From positions 49,211 through 113,210 of the IMG/VR virus record IMGVR_UViG_3300025424_000296: a DNA stretch of 64,000 nucleotides; one strand, given 5' to 3'. The notes under the pieces were generated by a model. That model searched no databases and had not been told where the DNA came from. It saw only the letters and a program-made list of their open reading frames with translations. Positions 36,709-64,000 of this stretch are shown here, piece by piece. The stretch is from a virus. Position numbers and translations under genes: made by a program. Positions within the stretch are counted from its first letter, which is position 1; each line of letters starts with the position of its first letter.

Positions 36709-36738
36709 TAGGTGATTAAACTGTTAATAAATAAAAGT

Positions 36739-36948
36739 ATGAAATTGTTTGAGTTATTCGTTGACTACGATAAACCTATTGTAATTGAAGCAGGTGGTGT
36801 TGGCCGCATAGTACCAGGTATCAACACCACATCTGACGTCGGGCCAAATGAAGTTGCCAAACAAGCAAAGAAGTTTGGTAATAAAGTTACCCGAGATGGC
36901 CGTCCCCCCATTGCCAGACCTGATGGCAAAAATGTTAACAAAAAATGA
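36739..36948 (+). CDS. Small late protein
   Basis: ATAAATA immediately upstream; MKLFEL start. Confidence 0.6.
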   Translation: MKLFELFVDYDKPIVIEAGGVGRIVPGINTTSDVGPNEVAKQAKKFGNKVTRDGRPPIARPDGKNVNKK

Positions 36949-37295
36949 CACATTGGTTAGTACTATGGAAAACATGGTTAGAAGAAGAGATTGAAACACC
37001 ATGGCCTTTTGTAGTAGTTGATCGTACTGCTGATTTCAAAAACAGAGAAACAAGTGTTCGAGTTCCCCAAGAATTGGTAGATTCTATATTTTTATCTTTT
37101 GATGTAGATAAAGTTCATAAATTTCAATCAGAACATGTATATGCACTTGTGTTATCGTGTGTGCTAGAAGCAGCTGATCAACCAGCTGCTGTGCAGTTGG
37201 TACAATCGGTATTTCCGGATGCCGAGGTTACTAACTGTGCCCTAATACCTCTGGAAATGTTATCAACTGTTATGGAAAACTTTTCACAAAAATAG
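36945..37295 (+). CDS. Hypothetical protein
   Basis: ATGA overlap with the upstream gene. Confidence 0.65.
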   Translation: MTHWLVLWKTWLEEEIETPWPFVVVDRTADFKNRETSVRVPQELVDSIFLSFDVDKVHKFQSEHVYALVLSCVLEAADQPAAVQLVQSVFPDAEVTNCALIPLEMLSTVMENFSQK

Positions 37296-37318
37296 GCACT
37301 GAATTTCCTCAGTGCCTA
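37293..37318. terminator. Bidirectional terminator hairpin
   Basis: TAGGCACTGA / TCAGTGCCTA between convergent genes. Confidence 0.65.
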
Positions 37319-37329
37319 GTGTTATTTAA

Positions 37330-37524
37330 TTAGATTCTTGAACGTTTGCTAGCTGATTCTGCTTCATCCTGAGTATTACAAACTGCGATTGGGACCCAAC
37401 GTTGTGGAACTGGAAGTCCGCTACGACGATGATAATCTAAATCCGCATTGGGATCATCTACCTGTGTCCAAACCACCCACTTACCATCACCCTTACGCTG
37501 AGCAATATCGTGATTCTTTTTCAT
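37330..37524 (-). CDS. Small hypothetical protein
   Basis: AGG RBS before MKKNHD. Confidence 0.55.
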   Translation of the reverse strand: MKKNHDIAQRKGDGKWVVWTQVDDPNADLDYHRRSGLPVPQRWVPIAVCNTQDEAESASKRSRI

Positions 37525-37606
37525 ACTTTTACCTATTGTTTTACTTGGTTGCAGGAAATGCAAGCTTTGCTTGCAGTGTTAAGTATAAGTCTGTTTAAAT
37601 CATTGT

Positions 37607-37900
37607 CTAGTGTTTTTTTGGTACTATTACAAGTCCCTCCTCTACTACATCAATATCCCAATTATGAAACACATCTTTTAATTTAGAAACTATGGTTCTT
37701 AAATAAAATCTAGTTTTTTCCCAATTTAGATATGCATTTAATTCAGTTTCGGATGCATTATGACCAACTATACTAAACAATATTTCGTCGTCTATGATTT
37801 TAATGTGTTCGCCTTTTTTTATGTGAAACGGAATATTTAGAATTTCTTTTTCAAGAAATTCTATTATTTGTGCAGCTTCTTTTACTTCGTTTGGCGTCAT
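37607..37900 (-). CDS. Hypothetical protein
   Basis: ATGA overlap with the upstream PRTase stop. Confidence 0.6.
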   Translation of the reverse strand: MTPNEVKEAAQIIEFLEKEILNIPFHIKKGEHIKIIDDEILFSIVGHNASETELNAYLNWEKTRFYLRTIVSKLKDVFHNWDIDVVEEGLVIVPKKH

Positions 37901-38457
37901 CTTAACCACCATTCCTCCCAGGGAAATACTATCCACGAATCATCTTCTTCCTTGTTAATTTCCATACTATAATAGTCTACATCTGATTTGCTTGCTAGAT
38001 TGTTTATAATGGTAGCAAATCTTACGTTTTTCCCCCAAATTTCTGTTTCCCAATTAATATCATCAGGCAGACATGCCGACTGCCAATCATTTTTAATCCA
38101 CTGAATAGTTGCTCCACTATCATTAATATCATCAACAATTAAAATCTTCTTACGTCTTTGTTCAGCATTGGTATTGATGTAATTATCGTTTTCGTCATAT
38201 TGCGCACCCAATGCATCATCTGCCATCCAGCAGTTATGATCGCAGTCGTCTTCTTGACCGTCCCTAAGTGTTACCTTGAGAGTGTACATGGTAACGTTTA
38301 GATAGTGACTTAGCATAACTGCGGGAATTAATCCACCGCGGCTTAGTCCCACAATATAATCTGGTTTCCAACCATCTAGAGTAATTTTTCTACCAATATC
38401 AGCCATCATTGCGCGAATTTGTTCATTATCTATGTGTATTTCTTTAGTCATGTCCAC
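37897..38457 (-). CDS. Purine phosphoribosyltransferase (Gpt-like)
   Basis: GLSRGGLIPA, ILIVDDINDSGAT PRPP motif, WIVFPWE. Confidence 0.88.
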   Translation of the reverse strand: MDMTKEIHIDNEQIRAMMADIGRKITLDGWKPDYIVGLSRGGLIPAVMLSHYLNVTMYTLKVTLRDGQEDDCDHNCWMADDALGAQYDENDNYINTNAEQRRKKILIVDDINDSGATIQWIKNDWQSACLPDDINWETEIWGKNVRFATIINNLASKSDVDYYSMEINKEEDDSWIVFPWEEWWLR

Positions 38458-39236
38458 AAACTCCCTCTGATTCTAATCAATCTCATTAGCATTTCAGTAT
38501 CTTCGTTGAATTGATCTTCTTCTATCGTACGACTAAGATCTAACACTCTACGTTCCTCAATTTTATCTTCCTCACTATACTGGCTTTTGTCAAATAGTCT
38601 ATGACCTTTTTTCTCTCTGTATCTGCACCAGTTGCTCCAGCCGCTTGCATCTATATGGTCTGGACGATTTGGGCGTACTTCTGTCCACCATTTATACAAT
38701 TCCAAAATTTCATATGCTACTTGAGCTTGGCTTTCGCAACGTTCATTTTCATCTAGAGTTGGACTACCTAGTGAACACTCCCAATCCAAATGAGCCAGTC
38801 CTGCTTCTGGACAGCGGAAACTGCGGATGCGTAGCCAACCCAGGCTAAACCGCGGATACTTGTACTTTTTACGTGCATCCTTGTCAAACACTACATGCAT
38901 CCAAGCCTTTTCAACTTCTACAAAGTCTACTAAAAGATTGAACATACCATGCAATAGACGAGTATCACAGTCGGCATAACCAGGCTCTAAACCAGTATTA
39001 ATAACGTGATACCGGTCGAAAACTCTACAGCGAATCCAGTAACGTAAATCATTGAACGGCTTAGTGATAAAATTGTACATATCTGCAAAAAATCTGGGTA
39101 CAGTCTCGTTAAGCCAATAGGCTACCGGACGTTCTGTTCGCATTTTAGCTTCCCACTCGTCCCATTCATGCCACGGTAAGGCAAAGGGTTTTTCGTAGGT
39201 TAAACGATCTTTCAGAATTTTGAAATAATTTTTCAT
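38448..39236 (-). CDS. Conserved Trp-rich phage hypothetical protein
   Basis: Long ORF in operon context. Confidence 0.7.
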   Translation of the reverse strand: MKNYFKILKDRLTYEKPFALPWHEWDEWEAKMRTERPVAYWLNETVPRFFADMYNFITKPFNDLRYWIRCRVFDRYHVINTGLEPGYADCDTRLLHGMFNLLVDFVEVEKAWMHVVFDKDARKKYKYPRFSLGWLRIRSFRCPEAGLAHLDWECSLGSPTLDENERCESQAQVAYEILELYKWWTEVRPNRPDHIDASGWSNWCRYREKKGHRLFDKSQYSEEDKIEERRVLDLSRTIEEDQFNEDTEMLMRLIRIRGSLWT

Positions 39237-39266
39237 ATTGTTACAATACTACCTCTACGTTATTTG

Positions 39267-39635
39267 TCAACCAGAAACCCATACCATTCTAAACAGCATG
39301 ATATCTTTTTGGTCAAGCCTTATTTTGAATTCAGTTGATGTCCTATCTTGTTTATATCCTCGCTTGCGACGATTATCCCAAGCCAGTTTATTATTGCTAT
39401 GACCTCCCGCCAATGCCTCAGTTGTATCTTTAAGAACTATGAAATTTTCAGTACAATTAGTAGCCAACCAATCACACAATGTTTCGGATTCTGGTTTAGA
39501 AAGTGATTGAATTGTTGAAAGTTGGTAATCAAACAGTCCAGCAGGCCAATTGGTTGACCATTTACCGTTTTCGGATTGAAAATCCTTTTTGAAGATTTCC
39601 AATAAGTCTTCTGGATCTAATCTAAATGGTCGCAT
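39267..39635 (-). CDS. Hypothetical protein
   Basis: ORF in operon context. Confidence 0.65.
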   Translation of the reverse strand: MRPFRLDPEDLLEIFKKDFQSENGKWSTNWPAGLFDYQLSTIQSLSKPESETLCDWLATNCTENFIVLKDTTEALAGGHSNNKLAWDNRRKRGYKQDRTSTEFKIRLDQKDIMLFRMVWVSG

Positions 39636-39662
39636 GCACTTATTATGCAGTGCAAGAAAGTG

Positions 39663-40454
39663 TTAGTCAAGTAGCTCCAATATCAAATAACCGTTATCGC
39701 TGCTGACTAGTAGACCATTATCTACTGCCTCAACTGTATAAGCAGAGCCTAATACTTTTGATAATCTAGCACTTTCATTGATTAACGGATTACCAATTTC
39801 AAATCCAATGATCGGAACACTTGGTTCAGTTTTTGATATATGTGCTACACGGTATTTAAGTGTTGACCCTGGACTTGTAAGGAATACTGTGTCACCAAGA
39901 ATTTCAATAGATTCCATTAGACCATTTTTCAGTATGGGGGCAATGTATTCTTTCATTGAATTGGGCTCTTCCTCGGTTTCCTCAGCTTCCTGATCAGCGT
40001 CCTCTATATCATCTTGTATATCATCTTCTGCTGGTGGAACTGATTCTGGGTCTAGGTTAACATGTTCTTTGATGTTATCTTCGGTGAGATCATATATTTC
40101 ATCATCATGTAGTGTCTTGAATTGCCACTGGTCTACATTGGTTAAATTGTCAACACTATCGACCATTTTAACTAGTAGTTCTGGTAAATCAGCATTGCGG
40201 TCCATTTCGATGAATACTACATAGTATCCATCTTCTGTGGGTGCAGGACTGGTTTCTGCATCTAATATAGTAATATCACCTTTTTCTATAAATCTTTCCA
40301 AATCTTTGGCGGGTTCTTGTTCGAATACATAGAATGCAACAACAACAGCTTTGGCATTGTCGATTTTAGATTCGTAAGTATCTAGTTCTACCAATGGTAA
40401 TACGAGATAGTCCAAATCGTTTCGTAATAGTCCTGCTTCATTTAAAGATATCAT
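39663..40454 (-). CDS. Conserved acidic phage protein
   Basis: Overlaps the upstream gene; acidic linker. Confidence 0.7.
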   Translation of the reverse strand: MISLNEAGLLRNDLDYLVLPLVELDTYESKIDNAKAVVVAFYVFEQEPAKDLERFIEKGDITILDAETSPAPTEDGYYVVFIEMDRNADLPELLVKMVDSVDNLTNVDQWQFKTLHDDEIYDLTEDNIKEHVNLDPESVPPAEDDIQDDIEDADQEAEETEEEPNSMKEYIAPILKNGLMESIEILGDTVFLTSPGSTLKYRVAHISKTEPSVPIIGFEIGNPLINESARLSKVLGSAYTVEAVDNGLLVSSDNGYLILELLD

Positions 40455-40984
40455 GTTTGCTCCGCTGGTTGATCTTGAGCTGCTTGATCTGGTGTTGTAC
40501 CCTGCGACACTGCTTCATCTGCTGTGTCTAGATCAACATCTTCGTCATAAAGGTCCATGATTTCTTTACTGATACTTTCAACAAATCTACGAGGTATTAA
40601 TAAATCTATCAACCATATTTTAACTTTTTCCATTTTTGGTTTCTTAGTACCTGGTTGATAGTCGTCAGGGCTTTTAATTTCAATTGGAATTTCTTCAGTT
40701 GAAATATGATAACTTATTTTGGTTCCATGTTTCAATAATCTTAATCCGCCGCTTGGATCTGGCATATCCCTATAGTCATATTTTAATGTAACCTTAACCC
40801 AGTATTTTCTAACATATGGTCCAGAAACTATTTCACCTTTGATCCAATTCTTAAAACTATACATGTCATTGGTATCTAAGTAATCTTCTATAGATATCAT
40901 GATATCTACAAGATCAGTATTATCAGATAATCTGGTGATTACCTGATCAGGTGATGTGGGATCATATTGATTATTGTCTGTCAT
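40451..40984 (-). CDS. Conserved phage protein
   Basis: KNWIKGE...MPDPSGGLRL; CTAAATA late motif upstream. Confidence 0.7.
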   Translation of the reverse strand: MTDNNQYDPTSPDQVITRLSDNTDLVDIMISIEDYLDTNDMYSFKNWIKGEIVSGPYVRKYWVKVTLKYDYRDMPDPSGGLRLLKHGTKISYHISTEEIPIEIKSPDDYQPGTKKPKMEKVKIWLIDLLIPRRFVESISKEIMDLYDEDVDLDTADEAVSQGTTPDQAAQDQPAEQT

Positions 40985-41065
40985 GTGATTATTTAGCTTA
41001 TATTAGAATATAATTTTGTATTATTGGTATTATCAAAATAAATATAAAAAAAATAAAGGTGTAAA

Positions 41066-41980
41066 ATGCCGAACAAAATTACAGATTTAAATTTAATTTC
41101 TAATATTGTAGACGATTTTAAAAACGGCTTATCTAAAGCTGCACTTTGTAAAAAATACAATTTATCATCTCCAACTATTCATAGGTTAATCAAAGAAAAT
41201 TATCAGCAAATTTTCAGTAGAATTCCAGAAGTTACTATTAATAAAGTTATTGAATTGTCTAGTATATTTAATTCTAAAAGTAAAATAGCTGAAACTTTAA
41301 AAATCGATATTAATACTGTTACAAAAATTCTTAAATATTATAATGTTGCAGTTATACCTCGCCCCCCCATGCAAAAAATAAAAAAAGAAACCGAGTATGA
41401 CAAATTAATGAAACTAACGTCACCTAGTTATATAACAAATCAACTTAAAAATCGAAGTGTACATAATCTATCTTTAGAATTTAATGTTTCACATAACACC
41501 CTATTAAGGTATATGAAAGATAATGACATCGAATATAAAAAATTTGTTCTTTTGACAAAAGATATTTCAGAAGACATAAAGAAAAAGATTATTACAGATT
41601 TTTCTAATCAATGCACGAAACGAGAAATTTGTAAAAAATATAATGTGAGTAGTAAACATATCGATTCAATATTACAGAAATATAAATTGCCAACACGTCA
41701 ACTTAAAATTAATAAATTAATAGATTGCGATTATATAAGGTATGTTAAACTAGCGAGAAGATTAACAAATGTAGTGAAAAATACGTATAAATTAAAAACT
41801 CCTGATGGATTTCATTGGGATCATAAATTGTCAATTGTAGACGGTTATAAACAATCTATTCCAGTTTACTTAATTGCATCTAGAGAAAATTTAGAGTTAG
41901 TACCGTCTACTGTTAATTTAAGTAAAGGTACTAACTCTAGCATTACTAAAGATAACTTATATCAATTAATTGGTTTATGA
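41066..41980 (+). mobile_element. Free-standing HNH homing endonuclease-like gene with tandem HTH repeats
   Basis: About four HTH-like repeats and C-terminal HWDH...NL...N.SK. Very AT-rich and oriented opposite to its neighbours. Confidence 0.65.
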
Positions 41981-42763
41981 ATTATAAAGGTTTAGTATAT
42001 CTTCGATAATTGGATGTCTTTCAACATCTTTGTCATTAAACTTAATAAATGATATTTTGTTATTTGGTTTTTCTGAAATACGGTTAATAAAATCTAATAG
42101 TCCATTCTCACAGTAACCTCTATCATGTTGTGTAAGATCACCTGTTACGACCATTTTACTTCCGATACCAATTCTAGTAAGTAGCATTTTCATTTGACTA
42201 GCAGTGGAATTTTGAAATTCATCTGCTATAATAAAACTATTAGCAAAAGTTCTCCCTCTCATATATGCTAAAGGTGCAATTTCTAGTGTTCCGTGCTCGA
42301 TTAAATTTAGTACTTCTTTTTTGCTGTAGTATTGATAAAAGTAATCTAATATTGGTAGAACCCACGGTTGCATTTTATCAACTAATGTACCTGGTAAAAA
42401 TCCATGTTGTTCATCAACACTAATAGCAGGTCTGGTTATAATTATTTTATCAATTTCTCCTTTAGTAAGTTTATCTATTGCTGAGAGTGTTCCTAACATG
42501 GTTTTACCTGTACCTGCGGCACCTACAGCAAAAACAATGTCAACGTTGGGATCTTCGAGCGCATCTATATAATTCTCTTGCGCTAAGTTTTTTGGTAGTA
42601 AAGCTAGTTTCTTTTGTGGTTTTCTGTATTCTGTTATGTTTAATACATTATCCTTTGATTTTCTATTGTTACTGTAACTTGTGTTACGCTCTTCATTAAC
42701 AGCTCGAGCGTTCGAGCGTTTCATGCGTCTACTCAAATGACCCTCCTTTAAAAAAGGTACCAA
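41975..42763 (-). CDS. phoH: PhoH-family ATPase
   Basis: GAAGTGKT, ITRP, GFLPG, AYMRGRTF, DEFQN, LTRIG, GDLTQ.D, RHP; true start may be 42724. Confidence 0.95.
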   Translation of the reverse strand: MVPFLKEGHLSRRMKRSNARAVNEERNTSYSNNRKSKDNVLNITEYRKPQKKLALLPKNLAQENYIDALEDPNVDIVFAVGAAGTGKTMLGTLSAIDKLTKGEIDKIIITRPAISVDEQHGFLPGTLVDKMQPWVLPILDYFYQYYSKKEVLNLIEHGTLEIAPLAYMRGRTFANSFIIADEFQNSTASQMKMLLTRIGIGSKMVVTGDLTQHDRGYCENGLLDFINRISEKPNNKISFIKFNDKDVERHPIIEDILNLYNS

Positions 42764-42834
42764 TAATATTTAGCGGCTATAGATACAAATAATGTGTACA
42801 CATAACCTAAACTTTTGGAAATGCTTGGCATTGA

Positions 42835-56136
<13,302 letters not shown>

Positions 56137-56189
56137 TATCGATGATCAACGCAATAAATATGTAACAGAAACGATAAAGGACAAGTGAG

Positions 56190-56696
56190 ATGGCAGGTAT
56201 TCCATTAAATACGTTTAGAACAGTAGTTAAAAATGTTCAACGCCCAAACCAATTAATGTTTGGTCCTCCTCCCACTTATACTTTTACTGGATTTGATCCA
56301 GTAAATTCATATTTTGATGGTATATATCCACCTGCTCCGGGACAAAATGGCAATAGCAGTTTTCTAGTTTATACTGCTCCATTAGGTGTAACGGCTGTTA
56401 TATTATATGCACAAGTTGCAACTGATAGTACAGATACTCGTACTGTTAGTTTATGGTATTACAGACCAAATCAAAGTGCATATCCTGTTGGATTTAATAC
56501 AATTGTAAATGAAATTGAAATACCATCTAATGATGCATTAGTTGTTATTGGCGGTAAATTAGTGTTAGAAACTGGTGATCAACTTTATATTTCGTCTAAG
56601 ACTGTTGGCATGGTTACAGCAGTTGCCGCAACCCCTGAAAAAAGTATAACTGATACAAAACTCACTCTTAGTATACTGGAAAGTGCTAACCAGTAA
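56190..56696 (+). CDS. Putative virion structural protein
   Basis: ATAAATA upstream; VYTAP...GKLVLETGD...SILE. Confidence 0.7.
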   Translation: MAGIPLNTFRTVVKNVQRPNQLMFGPPPTYTFTGFDPVNSYFDGIYPPAPGQNGNSSFLVYTAPLGVTAVILYAQVATDSTDTRTVSLWYYRPNQSAYPVGFNTIVNEIEIPSNDALVVIGGKLVLETGDQLYISSKTVGMVTAVAATPEKSITDTKLTLSILESANQ

Positions 56697-56726
56697 TTTT
56701 AATTCTGTATTATAAAATACGTATAA

Positions 56727-61649
<4,923 letters not shown>

Positions 61650-61765
61650 TACAGTTTACATAATTATTGATATAAGTGACCATGTAACCAAATATACAGA
61701 TTTGCTAAATATGATAGAAGGTTAATTATAACCTTCTATTACTGTTTTAATGGACAACCTGTGAC

Positions 61766-62452
61766 ATGACAATTAAGTATGTAGATATAGAATATCTTAG
61801 AGTTCAGGATTCTAATGCAGGACAATTATTGCTTGCAGGTTCTGGTAACACTGTAACTTATACACAATTTGTTACAGTAGATAATAGTGGAAATGTTGGT
61901 ATAGGAACTTCTAATCCAACTTATAAATTATCTGTTTTAGGTAATGTAAATATTCAAGGACATTTAACAGGCGATTCAATTTCTACTGCTTTTGGTCAAC
62001 CGGGTACAGTTCAATTTGCTGATGGAAACGGTACATTAAATGGTAATCAAACACATTTATTTTGGGATTCTACTAACTTTCGGTTGGGTATAGGAACAAG
62101 TATACCTGTTAGTACCCTACAAGTTAACTACACTGCATATGAAAGTACCAGTACAAGTTGGAGTACAACTAGTCCAACTGTGCTAGACAGTTTTCCTTGT
62201 ACTCAAGTGAGAAGCGCACATTATTTTGTTCAGGTAACTGATGAAGATAATAGTTGTTATCATACAAGTCAAATTACAGTAGTACAAGATGGTATACAGG
62301 CATATAAAAGTGAATACAATGTTGTTACAAGTGCTGATAAACTTGGCACTTTTGATTGTATTGTATCAAGCGGTAATTTACAACTGACTTTTACTGCATA
62401 TTATGCAACTAATAAAACAGTGAAAATTACGCGAACAAGTATGACAGCATAA
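61766..62452 (+). CDS. Putative tail/fibre-associated structural protein
   Basis: GNVGIGT fibre motifs, RSAHYFVQV C-terminal domain, CTAAATA upstream. Confidence 0.7.
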   Translation: MTIKYVDIEYLRVQDSNAGQLLLAGSGNTVTYTQFVTVDNSGNVGIGTSNPTYKLSVLGNVNIQGHLTGDSISTAFGQPGTVQFADGNGTLNGNQTHLFWDSTNFRLGIGTSIPVSTLQVNYTAYESTSTSWSTTSPTVLDSFPCTQVRSAHYFVQVTDEDNSCYHTSQITVVQDGIQAYKSEYNVVTSADKLGTFDCIVSSGNLQLTFTAYYATNKTVKITRTSMTA

Positions 62453-62554
62453 AATTTTAAAAATTATGTTATTATTTAATACTAAACGTTACAGTGTAAT
62501 AAATAACGACATAATGACTTTGGTAATATTTAACCCAAACTTAGAGAGGTCGAC

Positions 62555-64000
62555 ATGGTAGCCCCAGTTTCTAAAAATATAGATTTTATTGTAAAAGACG
62601 GCTTGCAAGTTGGTGCTAACGTTGCTGTTGGCACATCATTTGCAGGCGTGGTACATGCACCAATTGATGGTATGATTGTAAGTGGATTTGTTGGTATTGG
62701 TTCAGCAGTCCCTACTACACAGCTATCAGTTGCTGGTAATGTAAGTTTATTCAACAATGGCAGTACACTGGGTGGTATCATATTCCCAGATGGTACATGG
62801 CAGTACAGTGCTGCGACTCACGCGGCAGCAGGTGCTTCGGGTAGTATACAATTTAACGACGGAAATGGCAATTTTGCTTATAGTCCGAATTTAGAATGGG
62901 ATATTACTAATAGTAGACTCGGTGTCGGAACAAACACACCTCTTTCAGTATTACACGTAACTGGTAGTAGTCCAGCATTGATTTCTACAGAAAACAGCGG
63001 CGGTGAATATGAAATAAACGTCGGTGTTGATCTATCAACAGGTTCTGCACTTGGTTATAATAGTTCTAGTTCATATGGTTATTTAAAAATTATAGGTCAA
63101 TCAGAAATATTACAATGGAATAATGTTGGTCTTGGACTAAATGGCGTTACTCCCGTTAACACATTAGACGTTAGTGGTGGCGCAGTCATTGGTGGCGGTG
63201 CATTATATGCTGGATCAGCAACAGCACCAACAAACGGATTATTAGTACAAGGTGCAGTCGGTTTAGGTATGACTGGTACTCCGGCTGGTAAACTAGATAT
63301 TCGCCCAGGCAGCGGTCAAGCAGGTTTATTCATTAAGAATCCATCTAGCAGTGCTATTGACTTTGTGAGATTAGTAGACAGTTCTAACAATCCAATGTTT
63401 ACTATCAATAATGCAGGTAATGTTACAGTTGGTACATGGGCTGCTTCTACTATTACTGCTGATCATGGCGGTACCGGACTAAGCAGTTATACACTAGGCG
63501 ACATGCTTTATGCTACCAGTAGCACAACTGCACTCAGTAAACTACCACTTGGTGGTTCTGGTAATATTCTAGTAAGCAACGGATCTGCTCCAACTTGGGG
63601 TACAATAGATTTATCAAATGCTTCTGCTGTTGGATCAAGTATACTAGGTCTTAATAACGGTGGTACTAATGCTGATCTATCAGGTTCTGTAAGCAACGGC
63701 GGTATAGTATGGTCAAATGCATCGCAGATGCAAATACTAGCTGCTAGTGCTACAAGTGGTAACGTACTAATTTCAGGCGGTGCCGGTACTCCAAGTTGGG
63801 GTCAGTACTACACTACTTCAAACGTACCTAACTCAATTGTGTCACGTGACGGCAGCGGTAACTTTATTGCTGGTAAAATAACTGCTAACACTGGTTTCCA
63901 GGGTGGTTATGCATCAGTTAGTGCATTAAATGCAAGCGGTGCTGCAATTGTTAATTCATTAAGCAGCAACGGCACAGTAAGTGGTACTGTAATCACTGCC
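62555..64000 (+). CDS. Tail fibre-like protein, runs off the window end (absent from ORF track)
   Basis: ATAAATA at about 62498, GAGG RBS, MVAPVSKNIDFIVKDGLQVG...; shares a module with 21638..23554. Confidence 0.8.
   Translation, partial: MVAPVSKNIDFIVKDGLQVGANVAVGTSFAGVVHAPIDGMIVSGFVGIGSAVPTTQLSVAGNVSLFNNGSTLGGIIFPDGTWQYSAATHAAAGASGSIQFNDGNGNFAYSPNLEWDITNSRLGVGTNTPLSVLHVTGSSPALISTENSGGEYEINVGVDLSTGSALGYNSSSSYGYLKIIGQSEILQWNNVGLGLNGVTPVNTLDVSGGAVIGGGALYAGSATAPTNGLLVQGAVGLGMTGTPAGKLDIRPGSGQAGLFIKNPSSSAIDFVRLVDSSNNPMFTINNAGNVTVGTWAASTITADHGGTGLSSYTLGDMLYATSSTTALSKLPLGGSGNILVSNGSAPTWGTIDLSNASAVGSSILGLNNGGTNADLSGSVSNGGIVWSNASQMQILAASATSGNVLISGGAGTPSWGQYYTTSNVPNSIVSRDGSGNFIAGKITANTGFQGGYASVSALNASGAAIVNSLSSNGTVSGTVITA

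Noticed and set aside
61714-61739. Perfect 11-bp hairpin ATAGAAGGTTA/TAACCTTCTAT
   Set aside because: No U tract and it does not cover the RBS; probably an ordinary 5' stabilising stem with no further support.

Overview
AT-rich segment of a large (jumbo-type) dsDNA tailed phage genome. Two promoter classes are visible: sigma70-like TTGACA-N16/17-TAnnnT and T4-late-like (A/C)TAAATA. The host is probably an alphaproteobacterium (inferred from the look of GlpD, acyl-CoA dehydrogenase, YccA, RlpA and ClpA; not verified by search). Layout: 1-2.8 kb, end of a tail fibre gene. 3-21.5 kb, accessory region with scattered tRNAs (Glu, Ile, Thr-AGT, interrupted Leu-TAA, Cys, Met, decayed Asn), glpD, JmjC oxygenase, flavin halogenase, glycosyl/methyltransferases, rlpA, acyl-CoA dehydrogenase and yccA. 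21.6-27.8 kb, minus-strand collagen fibre and dnaJ-def-clpA. 28.7-36.7 kb, sugar-modification operon with a RuBisCO-like protein. 37-42.8 kb, minus-strand conserved genes, phoH and an HNH insertion. 42.9-64 kb, giant virion/fibre genes. Strongest leads: (1) a 4416-aa putative virion protein with 20 tandem phycobiliprotein-like domains, all keeping Cys-x-Arg-Asp; (2) a leader-peptide attenuator with a codon-diverse leader upstream of phage tRNAs; (3) a tRNA-Leu(UAA) interrupted by a 50-nt mini-tRNA-like insert; (4) a form IV RuBisCO-like protein in a glycan operon. All family calls are by-eye motif recognition; no searches were run.
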